Assembly: GCA_963833225.1 (NCBI GenBank)
Contig: CAWHXD010000006.1
Span: 128,001-192,000, forward strand
Length of the DNA stretch: 64,000 nt
Source of the DNA: an uncultured Chloroflexia bacterium
GTDB lineage: Bacteria; Chloroflexota; Limnocylindria; Limnocylindrales; CSP1-4
Direction: 5' to 3'
Shown: one piece after another, positions 16,593-26,600 of the stretch
Numbering within the stretch: the first letter of the stretch is position 1
Layout: each line of letters begins with the position of its first letter
Notes under the pieces: model-generated
Database searches by the model: none
Seen by the model: only the letters and a program-made list of their open reading frames with translations
Told to the model about the DNA's origin: nothing
Program-made: the position numbers and the translations under genes

Positions 16593-17753
16593 ATGCGCGT
16601 GATGCGGGCAGAACCCGGGCGCTTCGCCGACATGACCACCCGGTCCGTCGGCCGGGTTGGCCGTGCCTATGACCTGCAGCTGACGGTTTACGCGGCGCTG
16701 CTCGCCGCCGTCGGCCTCGTGATGGCCTACACCAACAGCGTCGAGGCCGGGACCACGGCGCTCGGCCCGGACAGCATCTTCCAGCGGGCCCTGATGTGGA
16801 CCAGCATCGCGATGGTCGTGTTCATCGTGATGACCGCCTTCGACTATCGCTGGCTGCGGACGCTGGCGTGGCCGATCTACGGCGTCAACATCGGCCTGCT
16901 GGTCCTGACCTTCGCGATCGGGACCGGCGTTGGCGGCTCGTCGCGGTGGATCAACCTGGGGCCGATCTCATTCCAGTTCTCCGAGCTCGCGAAGATCCTC
17001 ATGATCACCGTTCTCGCGACGTACCTCGGCAATCGTGAGGGCAAGCTGGATTCGCTGGGCTCGATCGTTGGCGCGTGCCTCCTGATGCTCCCGGCATTCG
17101 CGCTGGTCATGATCCAGCCGGACCTCGGTACGTCGCTGGTCCTGGTCGCCATCCTGGCCGGGATGATGTTCATGTCCGGCGCGAGCCTGCTCTGGCTCCT
17201 GGCCGGCGCGCTCGGCGTGGTGCTCGCCATCCCGATCGCCTGGACATCCATCCTCCGCGACTACCAGAAGGAGCGGCTGCTGTCGTTCATCAACCCGGCC
17301 ACCGACACGCAAGGGTCCGGGTGGCAGGTGTTCCAATCGCAGATGACGGTGGGATCGGGCGGGCTGCTGGGGACCGGGCTCACCAACGGCGCCCAATCTC
17401 GCGGCGGGTTCCTGCCAGTCCAGGAGAGCGACTTCGTGTTCGCGGTTCTCGCCCAGGAGCTTGGCTTCGTCGGGGCGCTCGTCGTGTTCCTGCTGTTCGT
17501 CGCGTTGCTGTGGCGGATCCTCTCGAGCGCCTGGAAGTCGAAGGACCCGTTCGGCACCCTGTTCGGGGCTGGCCTGGCGTCGATGATCCTGTTCCAAGTG
17601 TTCGTCAACGTCGGGATGGTGATCGGGATCATGCCCGTGACCGGGATCCCGCTTCCATTCATCACCCACGGAGGGGCCTCTCTGATCAGCCTCGCGATCG
17701 GGCTGGGCATTCTTCAGAGCATCAACCTGCGCCAGGAACGAGCTGAGTGGTAG
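16593..17753 (+). CDS. rodA: SEDS peptidoglycan polymerase RodA
   Basis: RWI, FQFSELAK, QPDLGT, ESDFVF, MPVTGIPLPFITHGG. Confidence 0.92.
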   Translation: MRVMRAEPGRFADMTTRSVGRVGRAYDLQLTVYAALLAAVGLVMAYTNSVEAGTTALGPDSIFQRALMWTSIAMVVFIVMTAFDYRWLRTLAWPIYGVNIGLLVLTFAIGTGVGGSSRWINLGPISFQFSELAKILMITVLATYLGNREGKLDSLGSIVGACLLMLPAFALVMIQPDLGTSLVLVAILAGMMFMSGASLLWLLAGALGVVLAIPIAWTSILRDYQKERLLSFINPATDTQGSGWQVFQSQMTVGSGGLLGTGLTNGAQSRGGFLPVQESDFVFAVLAQELGFVGALVVFLLFVALLWRILSSAWKSKDPFGTLFGAGLASMILFQVFVNVGMVIGIMPVTGIPLPFITHGGASLISLAIGLGILQSINLRQERAEW

Positions 17754-19069
17754 GCCGGACCATGCCTCGCGGCGTGGTCACCGCGGCGCTGGGGATCCTG
17801 GGAATCCTGCTGCTTGCCCCCACCGCCCTGGGCGCTGCGGGCCCGCTGCTCCCGCACGTCCCGCCCGTCCCCGCCGCAGGCGGTGAGGAGATCACGCCGA
17901 TCCTCGCCGGCCTGTTCATCCTCCTCCTCGGCGCCAAGCTGGGCGAGGAGATCCTCCGACGGCTCGGGCAGCCCGCGGTCGTTGGCGAGCTGCTCGGGGG
18001 GTTCATCGTTGGCCCCTTCGGCCTGGGGCTCGTCCAGCCCGGCGAGACCGCGCTGTTGTTCGCCGAGCTGGGCGTCGTCATCCTGCTCTTCTCGGTCGGC
18101 CTCGAGGTCCGGACCGACGACCTGCTCAAGGTCGGCAAGCCGGCGGTCCTGACGGCCGTCATCGCCATGATCCTGCCGCTCGCCGGCGGGTTCGCCCTGA
18201 CCGCCGCGATGGGCGAGCCGACGCTGGCGTCGGTGTTCGTCGGGCTCGCGCTCGCGGCCACCAGCATTGGCATCACCAGCCGCGTCCTGCGGGACCTGGG
18301 GGTGATGGACCGGACATTCGCAAGGGTCGTGATCGGGGCGGCCCTGGTGGACGACATCCTGGCGCTCGTCCTGATCGGCCTCGCGGCGGGGGCCGCGGAT
18401 GGCGACCTCACGGCGGGGACCCTGCTGGTGGGCGTCGCGGGGATCGGGCTGGTGCTGCTCGGGTTCGTGATCGCCCGCCGCGCCCGGGGCCTGCCGTCGA
18501 CGGCCTTCACGTGGCCGCTGTTCGCGGACACACCCCTCGTGCCCGCGTTCCTGATCATGCTCGCGGTGGCGCTGGTGGCCATCGTCGTCGGCCTTGCCGC
18601 CATCATCGGGGCGTTCGTGGCCGGCCTCGTGGTCGCCGAGACCGAGGCCGCGGATGAGCTGGAGCACGACATCAAGCCGCTGGCGTCGATCTTTGTGCCG
18701 TTCTTCTTCGCGGTCACCGGGTCACAGCTGGACCTGTCGGCGCTGCTCGACCTTCCGATCGCCGTGCTCGCCATCGCCCTTGCCGTCATCGGGGTCATCA
18801 CCAAGGCGGTGGGTGGCCTGGCCGGCGCCTGGTCCATCGGGCGCTGGGGGGCGATCTCCGTGGGCTTCGGCATGGTGCCTCGCGGCGAGGTTGGGATCGT
18901 GGTGGCGAACCTTGCGCTCACCGCGGGCGTGGTAGGGGCGGACCTGTTTGCCGCCATGCTGGTCGCGGTCGTCCTGACGACAGTCGCCGCCCCGTACCTC
19001 CTGGCGTGGTCCGTGCCCAGGGCGAAGATCGAGGCAGGGGCACCCGCCGAGAGCGCTCGCACCGGCTGA
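17747..19069 (+). CDS. Cation:proton antiporter (CPA2)
   Basis: PAVVGELLGGFIVGP, LLFSVGLE, ATSIGIT, DDI, GMVPRGEVG. Confidence 0.9.
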   Translation: MVGRTMPRGVVTAALGILGILLLAPTALGAAGPLLPHVPPVPAAGGEEITPILAGLFILLLGAKLGEEILRRLGQPAVVGELLGGFIVGPFGLGLVQPGETALLFAELGVVILLFSVGLEVRTDDLLKVGKPAVLTAVIAMILPLAGGFALTAAMGEPTLASVFVGLALAATSIGITSRVLRDLGVMDRTFARVVIGAALVDDILALVLIGLAAGAADGDLTAGTLLVGVAGIGLVLLGFVIARRARGLPSTAFTWPLFADTPLVPAFLIMLAVALVAIVVGLAAIIGAFVAGLVVAETEAADELEHDIKPLASIFVPFFFAVTGSQLDLSALLDLPIAVLAIALAVIGVITKAVGGLAGAWSIGRWGAISVGFGMVPRGEVGIVVANLALTAGVVGADLFAAMLVAVVLTTVAAPYLLAWSVPRAKIEAGAPAESARTG

Positions 19070-19109
19070 CGACCCTGCGTGGGCCGACGGCTCCGCGGTG
19101 GCCGGACGC

Positions 19110-19805
19110 TCAGCGTCGGCGGAACAATCCCTTCTTGCGGCCGTTGCGCTCGACGGCGGCCACCCGTCGCCCGTGGCGACGCAGGAGTGCGTCGATCTCG
19201 GCCTGGTAGGGCCTCCCGATCGGTGTTCGGTCCAGCCACTCGAGATACTCGAGATCCCGGCGAGCGACCTCACCCAGGGTCCAGCCCTCGTAGCGTCCGA
19301 AGGTGATGATGCTCCCGGACGGGTTCCCCGGCGGCGGACCGGCGGCGCCGGAGCCCATCGTCCGGGTGTCGTACTGGTGGCCCTCGGTCGATCGGCCGCT
19401 CGGTCGATTGGGTGAGGATCGCTCAGCACGGGCGGTGAACTGGCCCGTGGCCGGATCCTGCATGCCCGGAAGCGGCCAGGTCCGGGCGGGTTCCGGTGAG
19501 GTCATCGTCGTCCCGGGTGGCTGCCCGTGACCGCGATCCTGGGCGTGGTCCTTGCCGTCCGCGGCCACGACGCGGGCGCTCGTTCCCTCCGTGCGCACGC
19601 GAGCTCGGTCGACTGACGCACGACGGACGGGGTCTCGGAGCTGTTCCCAGGCCTGGTTGATCTGGACCATCCTGGCGACGGAATCCGGTTCCACGGACAC
19701 GTCGGGGTGGAACTTACGCGCCAGCCGCTTGTAGGCGACCTCGATGACCTCGTGATCGGCCGCCGGGTCCACCTGGAGGACCTTGTAGGGGTCGGGTGTG
19801 CTCAC
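19110..19805 (-). CDS. J-domain (DnaJ-like) protein with C-terminal FGRYEG..LEW domain
   Basis: DPYKVLQV...AYKRLARKFHPD...INQAWEQLRDP; C-terminal ITFGRYEGWTLGEVARRDLEYLEWL. Confidence 0.85.
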   Translation of the reverse strand: MSTPDPYKVLQVDPAADHEVIEVAYKRLARKFHPDVSVEPDSVARMVQINQAWEQLRDPVRRASVDRARVRTEGTSARVVAADGKDHAQDRGHGQPPGTTMTSPEPARTWPLPGMQDPATGQFTARAERSSPNRPSGRSTEGHQYDTRTMGSGAAGPPPGNPSGSIITFGRYEGWTLGEVARRDLEYLEWLDRTPIGRPYQAEIDALLRRHGRRVAAVERNGRKKGLFRRR

Positions 19806-19956
19806 GACCCGTACATACGATTTCGAACTCGCGCACGTCGAACTTACGCGCGTCCACCTTCGCGTGGAGGCATCGTTTCGGTCCGGGTCATCGCGGCGCG
19901 AGACGACGTTCCCGTTCCGCACGACGGCTGGCTCCATCGGCGGCAGACTAACACCT

Positions 19957-20823
19957 GTGAATACGGCTCCAGATGGCTCCAAGGGACTACCCGGTACGGC
20001 CTCGACCCCTGCTCGCGAGGCGGTCCAGCGGTGGCGACTCGTGCTGGCGCGTGACGCCACCGCGCCCGACGCGGCGCAGCGGGAGCAGCTCGGCGCTTGG
20101 GAGGCTGCCCTGACCAGCTCCGGACTCCCCGTGGCCGGCCTCGACGCTGCGAAACGCCGGGCCCGCTTCGCCGTGGCCGCTCCTCTGGCCGCCGCGATCC
20201 CGGGTGAGGGGGAGCTCATCGACGTCTGGCTGGTCGACCGATTGCCGGCGTGGCGCGTTCGCGAGGCGCTCGCGGCCTGCATCCCGAGCGGCTGGCACCT
20301 GGTAGACACGTACGACGTGTGGCTCGGCGAGCCGGCGTTGCCGGGACGAGTCGTGGCGTCCGTGTACCGTGCGAGCCTGCCGCCAGGTTCCGTGCCGGCG
20401 GCCACCCTTGCCCGCGCAGCGCTCGAGCTGCTCGGTTCGCCCGAGCTTCCGCGTGAGCGGCGGAAAGGAGAGACGTCAGTCGCCTACGATCTGCGCCCGT
20501 TCCTCGATGATCTCACGGTGGAGGAGGCACCCGGCGACGGGTCACTGATCGTGCGCATGACGCTCCGGCACGATCCCGAGAAGGGCATTGGCCGGCCGGA
20601 GGAGGCCCTGGCGGCGCTCGGCGAGCGACTGGGCGCCGCTCTCGAGCCGGTCGCTCTCGTCCGCGAGCGCCTCGTGCTCGGCGCGCCACCTCCCTCGTCA
20701 CGGCCGGCACCCGGTCGGCGGATGGTTCGCCAGGGGCCGGGAAGCATCCCTTCTTCTGTGCCGGACCGTCAGGACGCTGACGGCCAGGGCCGGAGGAGCG
20801 CAGCGAAGCGCCCGGCCCCGTAG
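19957..20823 (+). CDS. DUF2344/TIGR03936-like radical SAM-linked protein; last codons replaced by IS sequence
   Basis: QRWRLV, W..AL..SGLP, RF..AAPL, GEGELIDVWL, R.RKG....YDLRP, GRPEE; start uncertain. Confidence 0.7.
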   Translation: MNTAPDGSKGLPGTASTPAREAVQRWRLVLARDATAPDAAQREQLGAWEAALTSSGLPVAGLDAAKRRARFAVAAPLAAAIPGEGELIDVWLVDRLPAWRVREALAACIPSGWHLVDTYDVWLGEPALPGRVVASVYRASLPPGSVPAATLARAALELLGSPELPRERRKGETSVAYDLRPFLDDLTVEEAPGDGSLIVRMTLRHDPEKGIGRPEEALAALGERLGAALEPVALVRERLVLGAPPPSSRPAPGRRMVRQGPGSIPSSVPDRQDADGQGRRSAAKRPAP

Positions 20824-22152
20824 CGCTGCCAGGTCCCGTTGAGCCGCAGGAGCCGCAGACGGACGAGGGCGGACACGCCGCGCCGGAACCAGCTCATGCC
20901 ACGGGCCTTGAAACGGCGGGCGACAACGATGTCGACCGCCTTCTCCATCGGACCCGAGGAGGCGAGCGGCACGATCGCGTAGTTCTCGATCGCCCGGCGG
21001 TTGGTGGCGACGTAGCCCCAGACCGCGGTGAGCTTGTCCGAGCGGGCGAGGTCGGCCCCCGCCTCCTCGTACGCCCAGCCGGCGAGCAGCTCGAGCAGGC
21101 CGTCGGCGTCCCCCGGCGCCGCGACCGCGAGAGCCTGCTCGAGGCGGTCGGGCCGCTCGTCGCCGATGGCCCGCCGGAGGGCCTCGACGAGGTGGTACCA
21201 GTCGAGCAGCTCGATCGCGTCCGGGAAGCTGCGCTCCCGGATCCAGCGGATGCTGGCCGCGCCGTCGGACACGAAGTAGATCCGGTCGGCCTCGAACACC
21301 CCGAGCCCCGTGCACAGGGCGGTGAACCGCTCGGCGAAGCCGGTCCAGGTCTCGGTGCCGGCGTCGAGGGTGCGGCCCGTCAGGGCTCGCCGGTTGCGTC
21401 CGGTCCGCCTCGCCCCATCGAACACGAGGCCGATCTTGACCTCGAGCTCGGTCCCGCTCGCGCGGTCGTGGACCATCGTGCCGTCGACGCTGACCCAGGC
21501 GGTGCCGCCGCGTCTTGGCCGGTCGCGTCGGTCGGGATGGGCGCCCAGCAGGGCCTCCGTCTCGGCGGCCCTCGCTGCCTCGAGCGCCGCACCCTCGCTC
21601 GCCACCCAGCGGTGGAGCTCGCTGCGCCCGATCGACCAGCCGCGCAGCTCGCCCGCGGTCTCGGCGGCTTTCGCATAGCTCATCTCGGTCACCAGCCACA
21701 GACCGCGCTCGCGGACACCGAGGGTGTGCTGGGTCCGGGACTCGAGCCCGAGGGCGACATCGAGCGGCACGGTCTCGGTCCCGCACCCGGTGCAGCGGTA
21801 CCGGCGGCGCCGGAGCTCGACCTCACCCGTGAGCGTCACCAGCCGCCGCGGCGCCCGACCGTTCGCCTTCACGGCCCCGCCACAGCCCTCGCATGCGGCG
21901 GGTGTCGGCAGAGACGCCTCGAGCTGGGTCACGAGGGCCCGCCACAGGGCGGTCCCGACCTCGGCCAGGGCCGCGCTCACGGTGCGCTCCAGCGAGCCGA
22001 CGTCCGCGTGGTCCGTCGCGAGATGCACCTGCACCGGGACCGTACACTCCATCGCGAGCCCCTCGTCACTGCTGCTGATGTCAGAACCAACAGCGTGACC
22101 GAAGGGGCTCATCTCGTTCCGGCCGGCCCAGCACAGACGTTGGGATGCTTAC
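20740..22152 (-). mobile_element. IS element, ISLre2-like (UPF0236 transposase), 1413 bp
   Basis: Terminal IRs GGAAGCATCCCTTCTTCTGTGC and (reverse complement) GTAAGCATCCCAACGTCTGTGC; 9-bp TSD CAGGGGCCG at 20731-20739 and 22153-22161. Confidence 0.92.
20769..22052 (-). CDS. DDE transposase (ISLre2/UPF0236-like)
   Basis: CxxC...CxxC, VSVDGTMV, SDGAASIR, LDWYH, SSGPMEKAVD..RFKARGMSW. Confidence 0.9.
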   Translation of the reverse strand: MECTVPVQVHLATDHADVGSLERTVSAALAEVGTALWRALVTQLEASLPTPAACEGCGGAVKANGRAPRRLVTLTGEVELRRRRYRCTGCGTETVPLDVALGLESRTQHTLGVRERGLWLVTEMSYAKAAETAGELRGWSIGRSELHRWVASEGAALEAARAAETEALLGAHPDRRDRPRRGGTAWVSVDGTMVHDRASGTELEVKIGLVFDGARRTGRNRRALTGRTLDAGTETWTGFAERFTALCTGLGVFEADRIYFVSDGAASIRWIRERSFPDAIELLDWYHLVEALRRAIGDERPDRLEQALAVAAPGDADGLLELLAGWAYEEAGADLARSDKLTAVWGYVATNRRAIENYAIVPLASSGPMEKAVDIVVARRFKARGMSWFRRGVSALVRLRLLRLNGTWQRYGAGRFAALLRPWPSAS

Positions 22153-22169
22153 CAGGGGCCGCGTCCCCT

Positions 22170-22199
22170 TTGACGGCCTGAACGTATTCGCCCTACACT
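22170..22199 (+). promoter_or_regulatory. Sigma70-type promoter of rplU-rpmA-rpmE
   Basis: TTGACG-N18-TACACT upstream of rplU. Confidence 0.7.
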
Positions 22200-22285
22200 C
22201 TCCGTTCGCGCCCGCGATGGTCGCTGGGCGTTTCTCCGTGTCCACGTCGCGGTCGCCCGCGGCCGCATCGCTTTTCCGAGGACCC

Positions 22286-22939
22286 ATGTACGCAGTCATC
22301 GAGACCGGCGGGAAGCAGTACCGCGTCGAGGTCGGCACCGAGCTTGAGGTGGAGCTTCTCGACGTCGAGCCGGGCCAGAACATCACGCTGGACCGCGTGC
22401 TCCTCATCGCCGACGGAGCCGAGGCCGCAGTCGGCACGCCCATCGTGGATGGAGCGGCCGTCGAGGCCGAGGTCGTCGGCGCAACCCGCGGCCCGAAGCT
22501 CATCGCCTTCAAGTACCGGCCGAAGGCCCGCCGCCGGGTCAAGAAAGGCCATCGGCAGGACCTGACCGTGCTTCGGATCGCCGATATCCGCTTTGGCGGC
22601 AAGTCCGCGGCGGAGACCGAGGCGAAGGCCAAGCCGTCGAAGGCTGACGAGAAGCGACGCCTCACCGAGGCTGCCGCCCGCCAGGCCGCCGAGGACGCCG
22701 CGCTGGCCGAGAAGCTCAAGGTTGCCGCGCCGGCCCCGGCCGAGCCTGAAGCCGAGGCGGCTCCCGCTCCGAAGAAGACGCGTGCCAAGGCCGCGACCGC
22801 AAGGGCACCCAAGGCCAAGGCCGCAACCGAGACCGAGGTCGCCGGCGCGCCCGTTGAGGACGCCGGTGGCAAGGCTGCCGCCGAGACTCCCGCGGCGGCG
22901 CCCCGCAAGCGCGCCCCGCGCACCAAGAAGGACGAGTAA
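22286..22939 (+). CDS. rplU: 50S ribosomal protein L21 with long Ala/Lys/Glu-rich C-terminal extension
   Basis: MYAVIETGGKQYRV...KKGHRQDLT. Confidence 0.96.
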   Translation: MYAVIETGGKQYRVEVGTELEVELLDVEPGQNITLDRVLLIADGAEAAVGTPIVDGAAVEAEVVGATRGPKLIAFKYRPKARRRVKKGHRQDLTVLRIADIRFGGKSAAETEAKAKPSKADEKRRLTEAAARQAAEDAALAEKLKVAAPAPAEPEAEAAPAPKKTRAKAATARAPKAKAATETEVAGAPVEDAGGKAAAETPAAAPRKRAPRTKKDE

Positions 22940-22942
22940 CCG

Positions 22943-23224
22943 ATGGCGCACAAGAAAGCGGGCTCAAGCTCGAAGAACGGCCGCGACTCCGTTGGCCAGC
23001 GGCTCGGCGTCAAGGCCGGTGACGGCCAGCTCGTGACGGCCGGGTCGATCATCGTGCGCCAGCGAGGCATGACCTTCAAGGCGGGCGAGAACGCGGGCCT
23101 CGGCCACGACTACACGATCTTCGCCAAGGTCGACGGGAAGGTGCGTTTCGAGCACGAGACCCGCGACAAGAAGCGCGTCCGGATCATCCCGGTGGCGGCC
23201 GAACCGGTCGCGACCGAGGCCTGA
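22943..23224 (+). CDS. rpmA: 50S ribosomal protein L27
   Basis: [16 protein letters not shown]...IIVRQRG. Confidence 0.98.
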   Translation: MAHKKAGSSSKNGRDSVGQRLGVKAGDGQLVTAGSIIVRQRGMTFKAGENAGLGHDYTIFAKVDGKVRFEHETRDKKRVRIIPVAAEPVATEA

Positions 23225-23300
23225 CCGACCGGACCCGATCACACAGCGGCGACCACCGGCGGGCTCGGACCCGTACGGACGGCGCCTGAGGAGCACTCGC

Positions 23301-23513
23301 GTGAAGCCGAACATCCATCCCAAGTATCACCAGGCGAAGGTCCACTGCGGCTCGTGCGGCACGGACTTCGAGCTCGGCTCCACGCGCGAGGAGCTCCGGG
23401 TGGACGTGTGCAGCAACTGCCACCCGTTCTTCACCGGCAAGCAGAACATCATCGATACGGCCGGCCAGGTGGAGCGGTTCCAGCGCCGCCTGGATCGCCA
23501 GGCCCGCGCCTGA
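23301..23513 (+). CDS. rpmE: 50S ribosomal protein L31 (Zn-binding type)
   Basis: MKPNIHPKY, CGSCG, CSNCHPFFTG. Confidence 0.97.
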   Translation: MKPNIHPKYHQAKVHCGSCGTDFELGSTREELRVDVCSNCHPFFTGKQNIIDTAGQVERFQRRLDRQARA

Positions 23514-23545
23514 CGGCCCCCCGGGCGTAGCCCGACAACAGCGAG

Positions 23546-23570
23546 ACGGCCCCGCCGATGGCGGGGCCGT
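23546..23570. terminator. Hairpin between convergent genes
   Basis: ACGGCCCCGCC-GAT-GGCGGGGCCGT perfect 11-bp stem, no U-tract. Confidence 0.6.
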
Positions 23571-23626
23571 GCTGATTCCCGGGAGGGTTCGCCCGGCCGG
23601 GGGACGCCGGCCGGGCGAGGGGTCTG

Positions 23627-26600
23627 CTACTTGAACCTGAAGTTGGCGGTCCACACGGATCCGTCCCTCAGCCCCACCTGGAGCTGGCGGCAGGATCCTG
23701 CGTACGACTTCGGCGTCTTCCAGTTGTACTGGTAGCGGCCGCTGCCGGCGCTGTACACGAGGCCGCTCGACGAGACGACGACCGTCTCATCGACGATCTC
23801 CTCCTGCGCGCCACTGTCGCAGCTGATCGTCACGGACTTGGGGTAGCCGGCGGTCAAGATCGAGAGACCCCAGTCGCCCCCGAGGCTGAACTTCACCGGA
23901 ATGGCCTGGCCCGCGGTGACCCGGTTGAGCACCTGCGAGTCCACCGGTGCGAAGAAGCCGGTGAACAGCCACCGGATCGAGAACGGACTGGTCCCGTCGT
24001 TGGGTGAGTGCGCGGCGTCACCGTAGAACACCGCCGAGGCGGTCGCGGTGCCGACGGCAGTGTTTGCCGTGTAGGTCACGGACAGCGGCTCGTCCAGGCC
24101 GCCCGCGCCCGTGACCCGCGCCGTGCACGGTGTCAGCGGGCTGCCCGTGTAGGTGATCGTCGCCGGGCAGGTGACCGTCACGGTTGAGCCGGCCGGGGCG
24201 ATTGTGAACAGGTTGGAGGCCGACGCCGGCAGGAGCCCGTCGTCGCCCAGGAACGTTGCCGAGAGCGGGTACGTGCCCGCTCCGGCCGAGAGCGGGATCG
24301 CGAGATCCTTGACCTGGCCGTTCTGATCGGTGACGCCGCTGCGCGTCACCGAGCCAAGATGGACGACAACGAGCTTGCCCGAGATCGGGTTCCCGCTGCT
24401 GGTCAGGGTCGCGGTGATCGAGGCGGTCGTGCCGTAGGTCCCGCTTGCCGCCCCGGACAGGGCGATCGCGCTGGACGCCGGCGTGGAGGCGGCGACACCT
24501 GCGCGGTAGTACGCGGCGGAGTTGTCGTTCCGGCTCACCACGCCAAAGCCGTTGACTGCCTGGACCATGAACTGCGTGCCGGGCGCGAGCGCATTGAGGC
24601 CGCTCCACAGGCTCGGATCGGTGCCGTCACGACCGAGGGGGAAGGACTTCCAGAGCCAGCTGCCGGGCTCTGTGTAGGTCACCCAGACCTGCTGGACGTC
24701 GGCCCTGGGGTCACCCACGACATGCGCGCTGATCCGGGTGTCGCCACCTTGGAGGTCGGTCGTGATGCCGTAGATCGCTGGCGGCGCCGACTTCGACCCG
24801 TCCGCGACGCTGTTGCTGTAGAACAGCCGCAGCTTGAGGTCGCCATACAGCCGGAGCGTGACCGTGTCGCTCCCCGGCGTGGGCGCCCGGTGCTGGGCGG
24901 GCGTGGTGAACAGCGTCACCCCTCCGCCCCCCGCCACGGCGTCGACGTAGTTGGCTGACCACATCTCCGTGGGGTAGAAGGTCGGCGAGTTGAACGACGT
25001 GTGCGCGGACTGCAGCTCGGTGCCGGGTGCGCCGGTCAGCGGCGTGATCGTGCTGTCCGTGTACGAGCCGCCGATGAAGCCGATGCCGCGCAGCACGTAG
25101 CCCGCGTCGGCGGCCTTCGCGCTGGTGGCGTAGAGCGGCAGCACCGGGGCGCCCGATGCGGTGTGGACGCGACCATCGGGGGCGGTGTAGTACGTCGCCG
25201 TGAGCGTGCCGCCGCCGAGCACGTTGAGCGTCTTGGACTGCGGCACGCTGGGCGTGGACTGGTCGAGATCCGCATAGCGCAGGCCCGTGGTGAGCCCGGG
25301 CTCCGTCCCGAACGATGTCAGCGCCACGGCCCCCGATCCTGCGGGGGGATTGATCCGGTTGGGCATGTCCACGCCGAGCATGGGCAGGCCGTACAGCGCG
25401 GACTCGAGGAGCGCCTTCTGGTGGAGATCGCCGATGGCCGGGGTCTGCTTGAGGTATGCGAGCTTGGAGGCCACGAGGGCGTTGCCGATCCCGACCGGGC
25501 TGCTGCCGTTCGGGCCGACCGCGTACCGCAGCTGGTTGGAGAACTCGGTGTAGATCCGCTCGCTGTACTCGATGAAGTCCGTGTCACCGTACTGGTAGCC
25601 GGTGCCCAGGATCGAGGTCACCTGCCGCTTCGCGAAGACCTGCGGCCAGTCCAGCGTCCGGGTGACGTTCGGGATTCCGTCGCCATCGACGATGTTGTAG
25701 CCGGAGTGGCAGCCGATGCTGAAGACGATCGTGTTCTTGAGCAGGTCAGAGGGGGACGCGGCCAGGACATCGTCGGTCGTCATGATCGTCTGGAAGTCCG
25801 CGGCCAGCGCGCTGTTGGCGCTGAAGTGGCCCCCGAGAAACGTGATGTCGTTCCTCTGGCCCAGGAAGGCGCTCTTGAGGGCAGTAGCGTTCCAGCCCGT
25901 CGCGGGAGCCGCCCCGTAGGGATCGATCAGGGAGGCGCCCGCCTGGCCGGTGCCCGCGTCGAGGTTGCCCTTGATCACCAGCGCCGCATCCTCGATGAAG
26001 TCATAGCCGGTGACGAGCGAGGTCGACGGGGTGACGACGCTCTGGTCCAGGTAGGCCTGCACCATGCCGGCGATCTCGGTGGGCGTCTCAACGAGCCGCC
26101 CGACCGGGAGATCGGGGATCGGGAAGTCGATCACCCCGAGCGGGATGCTCGCGCTGGCGCCGTAGGTGTCCTGTCCGAGGGTGTAGTTGCTCCGGAGGCT
26201 CGCCTCTGACGCGGAGTTGCCGTCGACCGGCGGGAAGTAGTTGACCTCCGGGCCGATGGACGAGGTGTCGGGGTACCGGAAGAACGGCAGAACGTTGTCG
26301 CCGCCGGCGAGAACCACGTACTTGATCCCGCCGGAGGTGTTGCCCTTCCGGTAGGCATCGACGATGTCCTTGCCTGCCTGCGCGACGAGGTTCTTGGCCC
26401 AGACGCAGCCCGTGTTGGCATCGGCCAGCGCCTGCAGGTCGCGGACGCGACCCGGTGCATTGAGGTCGACGACATGACCATTGGTCGCGGAGGCGAGATC
26501 CCCGAGCTTCGCGACCATCCCGGAGGTGGCGAGGCCGCCAAACCGCGAGGTGTCGGTGAGGATGATCGTGTCGTACGTGTTCGTGATCGGTCCCGGCTTG

